Source: Gemmatimonadota bacterium (GTDB lineage: Bacteria; Gemmatimonadota; Gemmatimonadetes; Gemmatimonadales; Gemmatimonadaceae). Taken from it: 64,000 nt of DNA. The translations under genes were made by a program, and so were the position numbers. The stretch is taken from assembly GCA_016874035.1 (NCBI GenBank), contig VGVM01000002.1, positions 22,509 to 86,508 on the forward strand, in the 5' to 3' direction. Below the pieces are notes generated by a model that was given only the letters and a program-made list of their open reading frames with translations, did not search any database and was not told where the DNA came from. Within the stretch, counting starts at the first letter, position 1. The number at the start of each line of letters is the position of its first letter. Positions 49,375-58,777 of this stretch are shown here, piece by piece.

Positions 49375-50769
49375 ATGGAAGTCCAGTTCCAGGGCGCCGC
49401 CCGAGAGGTGACCGGGTCGTGCCACCTCGTGCGCATCAACGGCAGCACGATCATGCTCGACGCCGGCTTGTTCCAGGGCCGCCGCGACGACGTCCGCCGA
49501 AAGAACGAAAAGCTTCCGGTCCCCCCGGATGATGTCGCGGCGGTGGTCCTCTCGCACGCCCACATTGACCACGCGGGCCGACTCCCGTTCCTCGCAAAAC
49601 ACGGGCTTCGGGCGCCGATCTTCACGACGCCGGCGACGCTGGACCTGTCGCGCGTGATGCTCGCGGACGCCGCACACATCCAGGAGAAAGACGCGCGGTT
49701 CCTGGCGAAGCGACGCCGAGCACACCAGGAGCCGCTGTACGACATGGACGACGCGCGGCGATGTGTCGACCTGATGGTTGGTGTTCCGTACGGCCAGCGA
49801 CGCGAGATCGCGAGCGGGATCCACGTCACCCTGCTGGACGCCGGCCATATCCTGGGTTCCGCGTCCGTGATCCTCGACTGGCGCGATGGGTTCGAGACCC
49901 GGCGGCTTGCCTTCAGCGGCGATATCGGCAGGGCAGGACTGGCGATCATCCGTGACCCGGTGCCGCCGACCGATGTTGATGCGGTGATCATGGAAAGCAC
50001 GTACGGTGGACGCGACCACATCAGCGTCTCGGGAGCGCGCGATGCGCTGGCGGACGTGGTGACGGCGGCTGCGGCCCGCGGCGGCAAGGTGCTCATCCCG
50101 GCATTTGCCGTCGGGCGAACACAGGAGCTGATCTACTCGCTGCACGAACTGGCACTGCAGGGGCGGATCCCCAAGATCCCCGTGATCGTGGACAGCCCGC
50201 TTGCAACCGAAGCGACGGCAGTCTTCGGCAGGAATGCCGCCGTGTTCGACACGAGCGAGCCATTCGTGCGGTTGTTTGGCAGCGACCCGTCCGGAGTACT
50301 CCACCACGGCCTCGTGGAGTTCACGGAAAGCGCGGAAGCCTCGAAGGCTGCGATGCAACGTCGCGGCCCAATGGTCGTGATCGCCGCATCGGGCATGGTG
50401 GAATCGGGGCGAATCCTCCATCACCTGCTCCATGGCGCGAGTGACCCCAAGAACACGATCCTGATCGTCGGTTTTCAGGGCGAGCATACCCTGGGCCGCC
50501 GAATCGTCGAGCGTATGTCGCCGATCAAGGTGCTGGGGGAAACCGTGGACGTGCGAGCGAACGTCGTCGTGCTCCACGGATACAGCGCGCACGCCGACCA
50601 CGGAGGCCTGCTTGCCTGGCACTCCGCGGTCCGGGCGACGTCTCCAAGGTTGCGAAAGACCTGGCTGGTGCACGGCGAAGCGAGCGCACAAGACGCGATG
50701 CTGGGCGCGCTTGCGCGCGATGGCGTCGTTGTGTCCGCTCCGTCGCTCGGCGCGCGCGCCGTGTTGTGA
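49375..50769 (+). CDS. MBL-fold beta-CASP family RNA-metabolising hydrolase
   Basis: The product begins MEVQFQGAAREVTGSCHLV.... The metallo-beta-lactamase motif is LSHAHIDHAGRLP. The beta-CASP region and the C-terminal H motif (HGYSAHAD) are present. Confidence 0.88.
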   Translation: MEVQFQGAAREVTGSCHLVRINGSTIMLDAGLFQGRRDDVRRKNEKLPVPPDDVAAVVLSHAHIDHAGRLPFLAKHGLRAPIFTTPATLDLSRVMLADAAHIQEKDARFLAKRRRAHQEPLYDMDDARRCVDLMVGVPYGQRREIASGIHVTLLDAGHILGSASVILDWRDGFETRRLAFSGDIGRAGLAIIRDPVPPTDVDAVIMESTYGGRDHISVSGARDALADVVTAAAARGGKVLIPAFAVGRTQELIYSLHELALQGRIPKIPVIVDSPLATEATAVFGRNAAVFDTSEPFVRLFGSDPSGVLHHGLVEFTESAEASKAAMQRRGPMVVIAASGMVESGRILHHLLHGASDPKNTILIVGFQGEHTLGRRIVERMSPIKVLGETVDVRANVVVLHGYSAHADHGGLLAWHSAVRATSPRLRKTWLVHGEASAQDAMLGALARDGVVVSAPSLGARAVL

Positions 50770-50809
50770 TGTGCCGCAAAAGAAAAACCGCGATCGGCAT
50801 GGGTGGGGC

Positions 50810-51397
50810 GTGAGTCCGTCCGCACCAGGCGACCCGCGATCCGGCGATTCACATGCCCACGCGACGGACGTTCGGCGGATCTACTCAGGCCGGGTCATCA
50901 CACTCGACGAAGAGGTCGCGCGTTTCCCCGACGGGACTACCGGGACGCTCGCCATCGTGCGCCATCCCGGCGCGAGTGCAGTGGTGCCGCTGCTGGACGA
51001 TGTGTCCGCCGCGGATCCCACGGTGCTCCTGTTGAAACAGCATCGGCACGCCGCCGGAGGCGCGCTCTTCGAGATTCCCGCAGGCGTAATCGACAAAGGC
51101 GAGCAGCCGGATGCCTGTGCCCGCCGAGAACTCCTCGAGGAAACCGGCTGCACCGCGGAGCGAATCGAACACCTGACCACGGTGTTCACCACGCCGGGCT
51201 TCAGTGACGAACAGATTCACCTGTTTCTGGCGACGGGACTCCGACCAGGCAACACGAAACACGAGTCCGACGAGTTCATCGAGCTCAGGCCGACACCGTT
51301 CTCAGAGGCTTTGGAGCGCATTCGGACGGGCGAAATCCGCGACGCGAAATCGATAGTTGCACTCCTCTACGTCGCGGGGTATCGGTTGAGCCGCTAG
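50810..51397 (+). CDS. NUDIX hydrolase (ADP-ribose pyrophosphatase-like)
   Basis: The Nudix box is GVIDKGEQPDACARRELLEETG. GTG 50810 was chosen as the first start after the preceding stop. Confidence 0.85.
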   Translation: MSPSAPGDPRSGDSHAHATDVRRIYSGRVITLDEEVARFPDGTTGTLAIVRHPGASAVVPLLDDVSAADPTVLLLKQHRHAAGGALFEIPAGVIDKGEQPDACARRELLEETGCTAERIEHLTTVFTTPGFSDEQIHLFLATGLRPGNTKHESDEFIELRPTPFSEALERIRTGEIRDAKSIVALLYVAGYRLSR

Positions 51398-51550
51398 GAG
51401 CTGGGTGTTCCCGCCGTGATGCGACCGACCCACGACTACGACCACTATTTAGGACGCAGTCTCGCCAAAAGGACGGTGTCTTGGAGCGAGCCTGTGACAT
51501 AAGTGTTTATTTAACAACAAGTTACACGCGTGGCTTCCATGTTGTTTCTG

Positions 51551-51566
51551 CGGCACAATACGTGCT
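51551..51566 (+). promoter_or_regulatory. sigma-54-like -24/-12 element CGGCAC-N5-GTGCT
   Basis: The sequence CGGCACAATACGTGCT has the GG-N10-GC spacing and most positions of TGGCACG-N4-TTGCW. It lies 46 bp upstream of the ECF sigma ORF. Confidence 0.35.
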
Positions 51567-51611
51567 CTTCAGTCTATCGGCCAGTCAAACGACCGCCGGG
51601 AGAACACGAGA

Positions 51612-52253
51612 ATGGTGCAAGCCGCAGCGAAGTTGTCATCTGCCGTCGCGCCCCGCTTCCGCGGAAAGGAAGCCCTGAGGGCGTTGGACGATACGACGCT
51701 GGTTCGCGCCCATCTGGCGAGCGAGCCGCTTGCGTTCGATGTGTTGGTCGAGCGCTATCAGGTACGACTCCAGAACTTCGTGTACCGAATTGTCGGCGAT
51801 CGCGACCGAGCTGAAGACCTGGTGCAAGAGGCTTTCGTACGCGTGCACAGGCACATGGCGCGGTTCGATCGCACGAAGAAATTCTCCACGTGGATCTACA
51901 CGATCACCTCGAACCTCGGCAAGAACGAGCTTCGGAATCGTGGGCGTAGCCCGCTCGTGCTATTCAGCGCACTCGCGCCCGCGCACGACGAGGTCGAGCG
52001 ACCGGTGGACTTCGAGGATCCCGCGGCGCCACCCGACGAAGTGTTTCGCCGCCGCCACCTGAACGAGGCGATCATGAACTCGGTCGCGAAGCTGCCGGCC
52101 CATCACCGGGACGTGTTCGTGCTACGGGAGATCGAAGGGCGCTCATACGAGGAAATCGCCGAGCTGACGCGCTGCAACCTCGGGACGGTGAAGTCACGCT
52201 TGAATCGTGCCCGAAACGCGTTCGCGGAGATCATCGAACCGGCGTTGCGATAA
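51612..52253 (+). CDS. ECF-type RNA polymerase sigma-70 family factor
   Basis: Region 2 is DRAEDLVQEAFVRVH and region 4 is SYEEIAELTRCNLGTVKSRLNRAR. Confidence 0.9.
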   Translation: MVQAAAKLSSAVAPRFRGKEALRALDDTTLVRAHLASEPLAFDVLVERYQVRLQNFVYRIVGDRDRAEDLVQEAFVRVHRHMARFDRTKKFSTWIYTITSNLGKNELRNRGRSPLVLFSALAPAHDEVERPVDFEDPAAPPDEVFRRRHLNEAIMNSVAKLPAHHRDVFVLREIEGRSYEEIAELTRCNLGTVKSRLNRARNAFAEIIEPALR

Positions 52254-52403
52254 GCGCTCCAGCGCCGAACGCCCACCGCTGATTCGCCGGCAGGGCGGCG
52301 GCCAGCAGGGGCCGACGGGCGCCCCGGGTGCCTGCCGGCCGGCCGACCGCTGCATGGACCGATTGCCCGGAACACGGTATAGCGGTCCCGGGTAACTCCT
52401 GTT

Positions 52404-52703
52404 GTGCCAGGCAAAACGGTTGTCCGCTCCGCCGCGTGCGCGCACTTTCGCGACCAGCACCTTGCGTGGATGGATGGTGAACTCGAGCCGGCCCGTTCAT
52501 CCCAAATGGCCGGGCACCTGATCGGTTGTCGCGCATGCACCAAGCTCCACGTGGCACTGCGTCGCGGCCTGATGGTCGTTCACGCTCTCGGCGGCGGTAT
52601 ATTTGCCGCATGCCGCCGGTCGCCATGCGCGCCTTCAAGGCCGCGCTCGAGCGCGGTGAGCTGGGCGGTGCCTACGTCTTCCACGGCGACGAAGATTTCT
52701 TGA
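52404..52703 (+). CDS. putative zf-HC2 anti-sigma factor (short; 3' part overlaps holA)
   Basis: CAHFRDQHLAWMDGELEPARSSQMAGHLIGCRAC fits the anti-sigma zinc-finger pattern (H-x3-C-x2-C) preceded by a yLDGEL-like segment. The tail after about residue 65 looks like out-of-frame holA sequence. Confidence 0.5.
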   Translation: MPGKTVVRSAACAHFRDQHLAWMDGELEPARSSQMAGHLIGCRACTKLHVALRRGLMVVHALGGGIFAACRRSPCAPSRPRSSAVSWAVPTSSTATKIS

Positions 52704-53698
52704 AGGAAGAGAAGGTCGCTGCGGTGCTGGCCAGCGCGCTCGACCCGGCGACCCGCGATTTCAACCTCGACATCTTCCGCGGAGCGGAAACCGATGCTGG
52801 CGCCCTCGGCGCCGCACTGGACGCGATGCCTATGCTGGCGCCGCGGCGGGTCGTGATCGTCCGGGATGCGGGAGCGTTGAAAAAGGACGCCGCGGCGGTC
52901 ATGGTTCGTCGCGCCGGCTCATGCCCGCGCGACATCGTATTCCTGGTCGTCGGGAGCAGTAGCTGGAAACCTCCGGAGCCCCTCCTGGCCGACGCACAAT
53001 CGGTCGAGTTCAAGGCGCTGACGGAGGACCATGCCGTGGCGTGGGTCGAGCAACACGCGCAGGAGCACGGCGTCGTGCTGGCCAAGCATGCCGCGACACT
53101 GCTGGTGTCCGCCATCGGCACCGACCTGGCGCGGGCCGCGAGCGAACTGGCGAAGCTCCGCGAGTACGCCGGACCAGGGCGGGCGGTTGATGCTGGCGCG
53201 ATCGCGGCCATTGTCGGGGTGCGGGCTGGCGAGAACGCCAGCGACCTCTTCGACCTGGTGTGTGCGCGCGAGGGCGTGAAGGCGGCGGCGCTCGTTCCCG
53301 TTGCCCTCGCGCAACCCAAGACCACCGCGGTCTCCGTGGTTCTCGCGCTGAGCGCGCACATACTGGCGCTCGGACACTGTGTTGCGCGCCGCTCCGTGGG
53401 CGCCGCGCCCCGCGACCTGACCGGCGACGTGTTCGCGATGATGAAGCAGGGAAGGTCGGCCGTGGTCGGCCGTCCCTGGGGCGAGATGGTCACCTGTGTG
53501 GTGCGGAATGCGGATCGCTGGGACCTCCACTCGGTTTCGCATGCGGTAGATCGCATCGCGGCGCTCGACGCCGCGCTCAAGGAATCCCACCTGTCGAGTG
53601 AAACGGCCCTGCTGACGACGGCAGTGCTCGATATCTGTGCGGGTTCCGGCACCGACACCTCGCCGCGTTCGCGGGGCGGACAGGTGCGAGCGGCGTGA
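52610..53698 (+). CDS. holA: DNA polymerase III subunit delta
   Basis: The product MPPVAMRAFKAALERGELGGAYVFHGDEDFLKEE... has typical HolA N-terminus and length (362 aa). The ATG at 52610 was verified. Confidence 0.85.
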   Translation: MPPVAMRAFKAALERGELGGAYVFHGDEDFLKEEKVAAVLASALDPATRDFNLDIFRGAETDAGALGAALDAMPMLAPRRVVIVRDAGALKKDAAAVMVRRAGSCPRDIVFLVVGSSSWKPPEPLLADAQSVEFKALTEDHAVAWVEQHAQEHGVVLAKHAATLLVSAIGTDLARAASELAKLREYAGPGRAVDAGAIAAIVGVRAGENASDLFDLVCAREGVKAAALVPVALAQPKTTAVSVVLALSAHILALGHCVARRSVGAAPRDLTGDVFAMMKQGRSAVVGRPWGEMVTCVVRNADRWDLHSVSHAVDRIAALDAALKESHLSSETALLTTAVLDICAGSGTDTSPRSRGGQVRAA

Positions 53699-54690
53699 CG
53701 CGAAGAGAGAGGATGGGAAGGCACGGGATGCGAAGCAGCGACGGGCCCAGGCGAGCACGACCATGGATCGCGTTGGTGCTCGGGCTTGCGTTCTCATCGC
53801 CGATCGGCGCGCAAGGCGGGGCGCCGCCGATTGCTGACGCCAGCTTACGCCGCGCGCGAGCCCTCGCCGCGAGTGGCGACCTGGCCGCCGCGCGTGCGAT
53901 TGCCGACAGCGTCGCGGCCACGGGCGACGCCGGACGGAAAGCCGAGGCGCTTTACTGGAGCGCGACCTGGTCCGAAGCACCGGCAACGGCGAGAACCAAG
54001 TTCATTCGTGTCGCGGTCGAACATGCGCTGACGCCGATCGCCGCATGGGCCCAGTTGCGGATCGCGGAGCAGGACGTCGAGCTTGGTGACCGCGCGGGAG
54101 CTCAACGACGCCTGGAGCGGCTGGTGCGCGATTTCGACAGCGGCGCATCCGCGTACGGCGGACTGCTGTTGGCCCGACTGCAACGCGAGCAGGGCAGGAC
54201 CCTCGAGGCCTGCACCACGCTCGACTCCTCGCGCGTGCGCGCTCCGCCGGATGCCGTCGAGTTGGTGAACCAGCTGGCCTACGCAGCACGGACATGCGAG
54301 TTGATGGCGTCTCGAGCCCAGCGCGCGGCGGCCGACTCGGCGCCCGCGATTACGAACCAGCCCGGCAACGCCGACACCTCGCGCCAGAGCGCGAACGCAG
54401 ACTCCGCTTCCACGACGACACGCGCGACCGCGCGCGGGGCGACCGGTGCGTCGCCCACCCGGCCGGCACGCGCCTGGAGCGTCCAGGTTGCGGCATTTGC
54501 CACACTTGCCGAAGCGCGCCGCCTGGCGTCGCGAATCAGCGAACGCGGCCATGACGCACGCGTCACAACCGACCGGCCATTCCGCGTGCGAATCGGGCGA
54601 TTTGCGACGCGGGCGGACGCTGTCGCCCTTGCCGGAAAGCTCAAGGCTGAGGGCAATCAGGCGATCATCGTCGAGGCAGAGCGTCCATGA
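53695..54690 (+). CDS. TPR-like / SPOR domain-containing protein
   Basis: It has a signal sequence and Ala-rich helical repeats. The C-terminal SPOR domain is WSVQVAAFATLAEARRLASRISERGHDARVTTDRPFRVRIGRFATRADAVALAGKLKAEG. It has a GTGA overlap with holA and an ATGA overlap with mutS. Confidence 0.85.
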   Translation: MTRRERMGRHGMRSSDGPRRARPWIALVLGLAFSSPIGAQGGAPPIADASLRRARALAASGDLAAARAIADSVAATGDAGRKAEALYWSATWSEAPATARTKFIRVAVEHALTPIAAWAQLRIAEQDVELGDRAGAQRRLERLVRDFDSGASAYGGLLLARLQREQGRTLEACTTLDSSRVRAPPDAVELVNQLAYAARTCELMASRAQRAAADSAPAITNQPGNADTSRQSANADSASTTTRATARGATGASPTRPARAWSVQVAAFATLAEARRLASRISERGHDARVTTDRPFRVRIGRFATRADAVALAGKLKAEGNQAIIVEAERP

Positions 54691-57320
54691 GTGCGCAGAC
54701 GCCGCTCATGCAGCAGTACCACGAGATCAAGGCGCGCCACAAGAATGCAATCCTGTTGTTTCGGATGGGCGACTTCTTCGAGACGTTCTACGACGACGCC
54801 GAGACGATTTCGCGCGCCCTCGACATCACACTGACGTCGCGGAACAACGGCGGCGCGGCTGAGGTTCCGCTCGCCGGCGTGCCGGCAAAGGCGGCGCCGG
54901 AGTACATCCGGCGTCTCGTGCAGCAGGGATTCCGCGTCGCCGTCTGCGAGCAGGTCGAGGACCCGAAGCTCGCGAAGGGCATCGTCAAGCGTGCGGTCAT
55001 CGAGACCGTGACACCGGGCGCGGCCTTTGCCGACGACCTGCTTGATGTCTCGCGGAGCACATATGTGGCGGCACTTCGGACGCAGGCCGGCCTCCTGGGC
55101 ATCGCCGCGGCCGACATCTCCACCGGCGAGTTCCGGTTGATCAGTGCGCCGATGTCGGAAGTGGCGGCGGCGCTGGCACGTATCGGACCGCGAGAGGTCG
55201 TCGTTGCTCCCGAGGACGGCGAAGCGGTGCGGATCGCGCGGCAGGCCGAAGCGCTCATCACCGAGCGATCGGCGTGGGAGTTCGAGCCAGCCAGCTCGCG
55301 CCGTGACCTGGCCGAACACTTTGGAGTGCTCGGCGTGGAAGGACTGGGAATCGGCGAGCGTGACGACGCGATCGCGGGCGCCGGGGGCGCGCTGGTTCGG
55401 TACTTGAAGGAACTGCAGCCAGCGGGCGTCGGGCACCTCGCGCGACCACTGATCGAACGAGCGGGCGATGTCATGCCACTCGACGAGATGACGCGCCGGA
55501 ACCTCGAATTAGTGGAGTCGCTTCGGGGCGGTGGTGCCGAAGGCACACTGCTCAGCGTGCTCGATCGCACCGAGACACCGATGGGCGCACGCCTCCTGCG
55601 CTCGTGGCTTGTCGCGCCGCTGGTGGCGAAGGACCGGATCGAGTCGCGCCTGCAGGCCGTTGCGGCACTGCACGAGTCGGCGACCGCGCGCGCCGCGCTC
55701 GCGTCCGCGCTCGACGACGTGCGCGATATCGAGCGGCTCGGCGCCAAGACCGCGGCGCACCGCGCATCGCCCCGTGAGCTACGGGCGCTTGGCGATTCGC
55801 TGAAGCGGCTTCCGGCGCTGCGCGCGGCGCTCGAGGTGATTGCGCCGCGCGGCGAGCTTACGCGAATCGCGCGGGACTGGGACGACGCAGCCGACTGCGC
55901 TGCACGGATCGAGAAGACGCTGGTCGAGCGTCCGGCAGTCACCGTCGGAGAAGGGCCGGTCATCGCACCTGGCGTGCACGCCGAACTCGATGAGTTGCAT
56001 GCGATCGCCACCGGCGGCAAGGACTCGATCGCGGGGCTGCAGCACGCCGAGCGTGAGCGCACCGGGATCGCTTCGCTGAAGGTCGGGCACAATCGCGTGT
56101 TCGGGTACTACATCGAGATCACCAACGCGAACTCGCACCTGGTGCCGGCGGATTACCAGCGACGCCAGACGCTCACCGGGGCGGAGCGCTACGTCACGCC
56201 GGCGCTGAAGGAGTTCGAGGAGAAGGTGCTGCATGCGACCGAACGGATCGAGACGATCGAGCGCGAGACGTTCGAGGCGCTGCGTCGGGATGTCGGTGGC
56301 GAGATTCGCCGGCTGCAGCAGATCGCAGCCAACGTGGCGCACCTAGACGTCCTGGCATCATTTGCCGATGTGGCATCGCGCGAAGGGTATGTGTGTCCCG
56401 AAATCCACGAGGGCGCGGAGCTCGAGATCGTCGCCGGGAGGCACCCTGTCGTGGAGCGCATGATGCCGCGCGAGCAGTTCATCCCCAACGATGTGCAGCT
56501 CACGCCGGACGCACGGATGATCATCCTCACCGGCCCGAACATGGCCGGCAAGAGCACGATCCTCCGGCAGATCGGGCTCCAGGTCCTGATGGCACAGGTG
56601 GGGTGCTTTGTACCCGCGAAGCGCGCACGGATCGGCATTGCGGACCGGATCTTTACGCGAGTCGGCGCAAGCGACAACCTCGTACGCGGCCAATCCACGT
56701 TCATGGTCGAGATGTCGGAAACGGCGGCGATCCTGAACACGGCAACGGCCCGCAGCCTGGTGCTGCTCGACGAAATCGGACGCGGTACGAGCACCTGGGA
56801 TGGCGTCAGCATCGCGTGGGCGGTGAGCGAACACCTGCATGCGCGGGTGGGATGCAAGACCGTGTTCGCGACGCACTACCACGAGCTCACACAGCTCGCA
56901 GACGAGCATCCGGCGGTCCGGAACTTCAACGTGGCCGTCGCCGAGCACAGCGGGACGATTCGCTTCCTGCACGCCCTCCGGCCCGGCGGGGCGGATCGTT
57001 CCTATGGCATCGAAGTCGGCCGCTTGGCGGGGTTGCCGCCGGCGGTACTGAAGCGTGCGCGGGCGCTGCTGACCGTGCTCGAGCGCGAGCAGCTTGCGGT
57101 CGTGCCTGGACGCGTGAAGTCGCCGCCGGAGCCGGTGGCGGACCAGCTCGGGCTCTTTGGAGAGGATCTCTCGGGGATTGCCGAGCGATTGCGAGGCATT
57201 GACCCAAACGCAACAACACCGCTCGAGGCGCTGGCGGTCCTGTCGGAATTGGTAGCTGACGCCCGGGCTGCCCAGAGCCGCGCCGGCGCGAGCGGATCGT
57301 CCTCCGGCGAAGCCCGGTAG
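54687..57320 (+). CDS. mutS: DNA mismatch repair protein MutS
   Basis: 877 aa. The N-terminus TPLMQQYHEIKARHKNAILLFRMGDFFETFYDDA and Walker A GPNMAGKST are present, followed by the STFMVEM motif. Confidence 0.97.
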   Translation: MSAQTPLMQQYHEIKARHKNAILLFRMGDFFETFYDDAETISRALDITLTSRNNGGAAEVPLAGVPAKAAPEYIRRLVQQGFRVAVCEQVEDPKLAKGIVKRAVIETVTPGAAFADDLLDVSRSTYVAALRTQAGLLGIAAADISTGEFRLISAPMSEVAAALARIGPREVVVAPEDGEAVRIARQAEALITERSAWEFEPASSRRDLAEHFGVLGVEGLGIGERDDAIAGAGGALVRYLKELQPAGVGHLARPLIERAGDVMPLDEMTRRNLELVESLRGGGAEGTLLSVLDRTETPMGARLLRSWLVAPLVAKDRIESRLQAVAALHESATARAALASALDDVRDIERLGAKTAAHRASPRELRALGDSLKRLPALRAALEVIAPRGELTRIARDWDDAADCAARIEKTLVERPAVTVGEGPVIAPGVHAELDELHAIATGGKDSIAGLQHAERERTGIASLKVGHNRVFGYYIEITNANSHLVPADYQRRQTLTGAERYVTPALKEFEEKVLHATERIETIERETFEALRRDVGGEIRRLQQIAANVAHLDVLASFADVASREGYVCPEIHEGAELEIVAGRHPVVERMMPREQFIPNDVQLTPDARMIILTGPNMAGKSTILRQIGLQVLMAQVGCFVPAKRARIGIADRIFTRVGASDNLVRGQSTFMVEMSETAAILNTATARSLVLLDEIGRGTSTWDGVSIAWAVSEHLHARVGCKTVFATHYHELTQLADEHPAVRNFNVAVAEHSGTIRFLHALRPGGADRSYGIEVGRLAGLPPAVLKRARALLTVLEREQLAVVPGRVKSPPEPVADQLGLFGEDLSGIAERLRGIDPNATTPLEALAVLSELVADARAAQSRAGASGSSSGEAR

Positions 57321-57374
57321 ATTTCGGGCGCTCGACAAACACCGGCGAACCACCCCCAGCTTCGGAGCAACGGC

Positions 57375-58775
57375 ATGCCCGCGGTCTCGCGTGACCGGCA
57401 CGTGTACGAATCGGTGCTCGACACCATCGGGTGGACGCCGCTCATCCGGCTGACGCACGTGACGCGCGGCATCGTGACGCCCGTCTGGGTCAAGGCCGAG
57501 ACGCGCAACCCTGGTGGCTCGATCAAAGACCGGATCGGGCTCGCGATCATCGAGAAGGCCGAGCGCGACGGCACGCTGAAGCCGGGCGGGACGATTGTCG
57601 AGAGCACCGGAGGCAATACCGGTGTAGCGCTCGCGATTGCAGCAGCGATCAAGGGCTATCGCTGCGTGTTCACGATGCCGGACAAGATGTCGCAGGAAAA
57701 GGTTCGTCTCCTGAAGGCGTATGGCGCCGAAGTCATCATTACGCCGACGGCCGTTCCTCCCGACCACCCGGACAGCTACGGCATGACGGCGAAGCGGATC
57801 GCGCACGAGACGCCGAACGCGATCCTTGCCGACCAGTTCTACAACCAGGCAAATCCGGAGGCGCACGAGGCGCTGACGGGACCCGAGCTCTGGGACCAGA
57901 CAAATGGTGAAATCACGCATGTGGTGGCCGGTGCGGGCACCGGCGGCACGATCACCGGTGTCGGGCGCTACCTGAAGAAGAAGAACCCGGCGATCAAGGT
58001 GATCTGTGCGGACCCGGTGGGATCAATCCTCGCCGAGTATTGGCGCAGCGGCGGGACGAACAAGATCGAGGGAGTGCCGTACAAGGTCGAAGGTGTCGGA
58101 CAGGACAAGATCCCGGGCTCGCTCGACATGAGCGTGATTGACGAGATCCAGTCGGTCACGGACCGTGAGTCCTTCGCGATGGCGCGACGATTGACGCGCG
58201 AGGAAGGCCTGTGTGCCGGGGGCTCGTCAGGGCTCGTCGCGCACGTTGCGCTCACGGTGGCGCGGCGGGTAAACGATCCGCATGCCTGCGTGGTGACGTT
58301 CCTGTGCGATACCGGCGAGCGGTACTTGTCGAAACTGTACAACGACGAATGGATGCGCGAGAACCAGATGCTCGACCAGTCGCGCACTTCCCTGGCGCAG
58401 CTCCTCGGCGGAAAGACGGGCGGCGCGCCGGCCGGCGTGATCAGCGTTGCCCCGGCGGCCGCGGTACGGCAGGCGCTCCGGCTGATGTCCGTGCATGACG
58501 TGTCGCAGCTGCCCGTGATGGACAACGGGGCGTGTGTCGGGTCGGTCAGCGAGAGTGAGCTCAGCGCGGATGCGCTCGAAGACGCGAAGGTGCTCGACAA
58601 GCCGGTCTCCGATGTCATGGGTGCGGCACTCCCGGTGGTTGACGCGACCCAAGCAGTCGAGACGATCGTGAAGGCGCTCACGAAGGCGAACCCGGCGGTG
58701 TTGGTGCGCGACGGAACCTCGGTGCTCGGGATCGTCACGCGCTCGGATATGCTGGCATTCCTGATGACGCGCTGA
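57375..58775 (+). CDS. cystathionine beta-synthase-like PLP enzyme (CysK/CysM fold + tandem CBS domains)
   Basis: The PLP lysine region is NPGGSIKDR and the glycine loop is GAGTGGTITG. The C-terminus has a CBS pair. Confidence 0.88.
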   Translation: MPAVSRDRHVYESVLDTIGWTPLIRLTHVTRGIVTPVWVKAETRNPGGSIKDRIGLAIIEKAERDGTLKPGGTIVESTGGNTGVALAIAAAIKGYRCVFTMPDKMSQEKVRLLKAYGAEVIITPTAVPPDHPDSYGMTAKRIAHETPNAILADQFYNQANPEAHEALTGPELWDQTNGEITHVVAGAGTGGTITGVGRYLKKKNPAIKVICADPVGSILAEYWRSGGTNKIEGVPYKVEGVGQDKIPGSLDMSVIDEIQSVTDRESFAMARRLTREEGLCAGGSSGLVAHVALTVARRVNDPHACVVTFLCDTGERYLSKLYNDEWMRENQMLDQSRTSLAQLLGGKTGGAPAGVISVAPAAAVRQALRLMSVHDVSQLPVMDNGACVGSVSESELSADALEDAKVLDKPVSDVMGAALPVVDATQAVETIVKALTKANPAVLVRDGTSVLGIVTRSDMLAFLMTR

Positions 58776-58777
58776 CC

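Noticed and set aside
52672-57920. Series of long minus-strand ORFs (350, 355, 434, 222 and 520 aa) opposite holA, the SPOR gene, mutS and the CBS-domain gene
   Set aside because: All are Arg/Ser/Ala/Pro-rich antisense frames, and the plus-strand genes are full length with diagnostic motifs and coupled start/stop overlaps.
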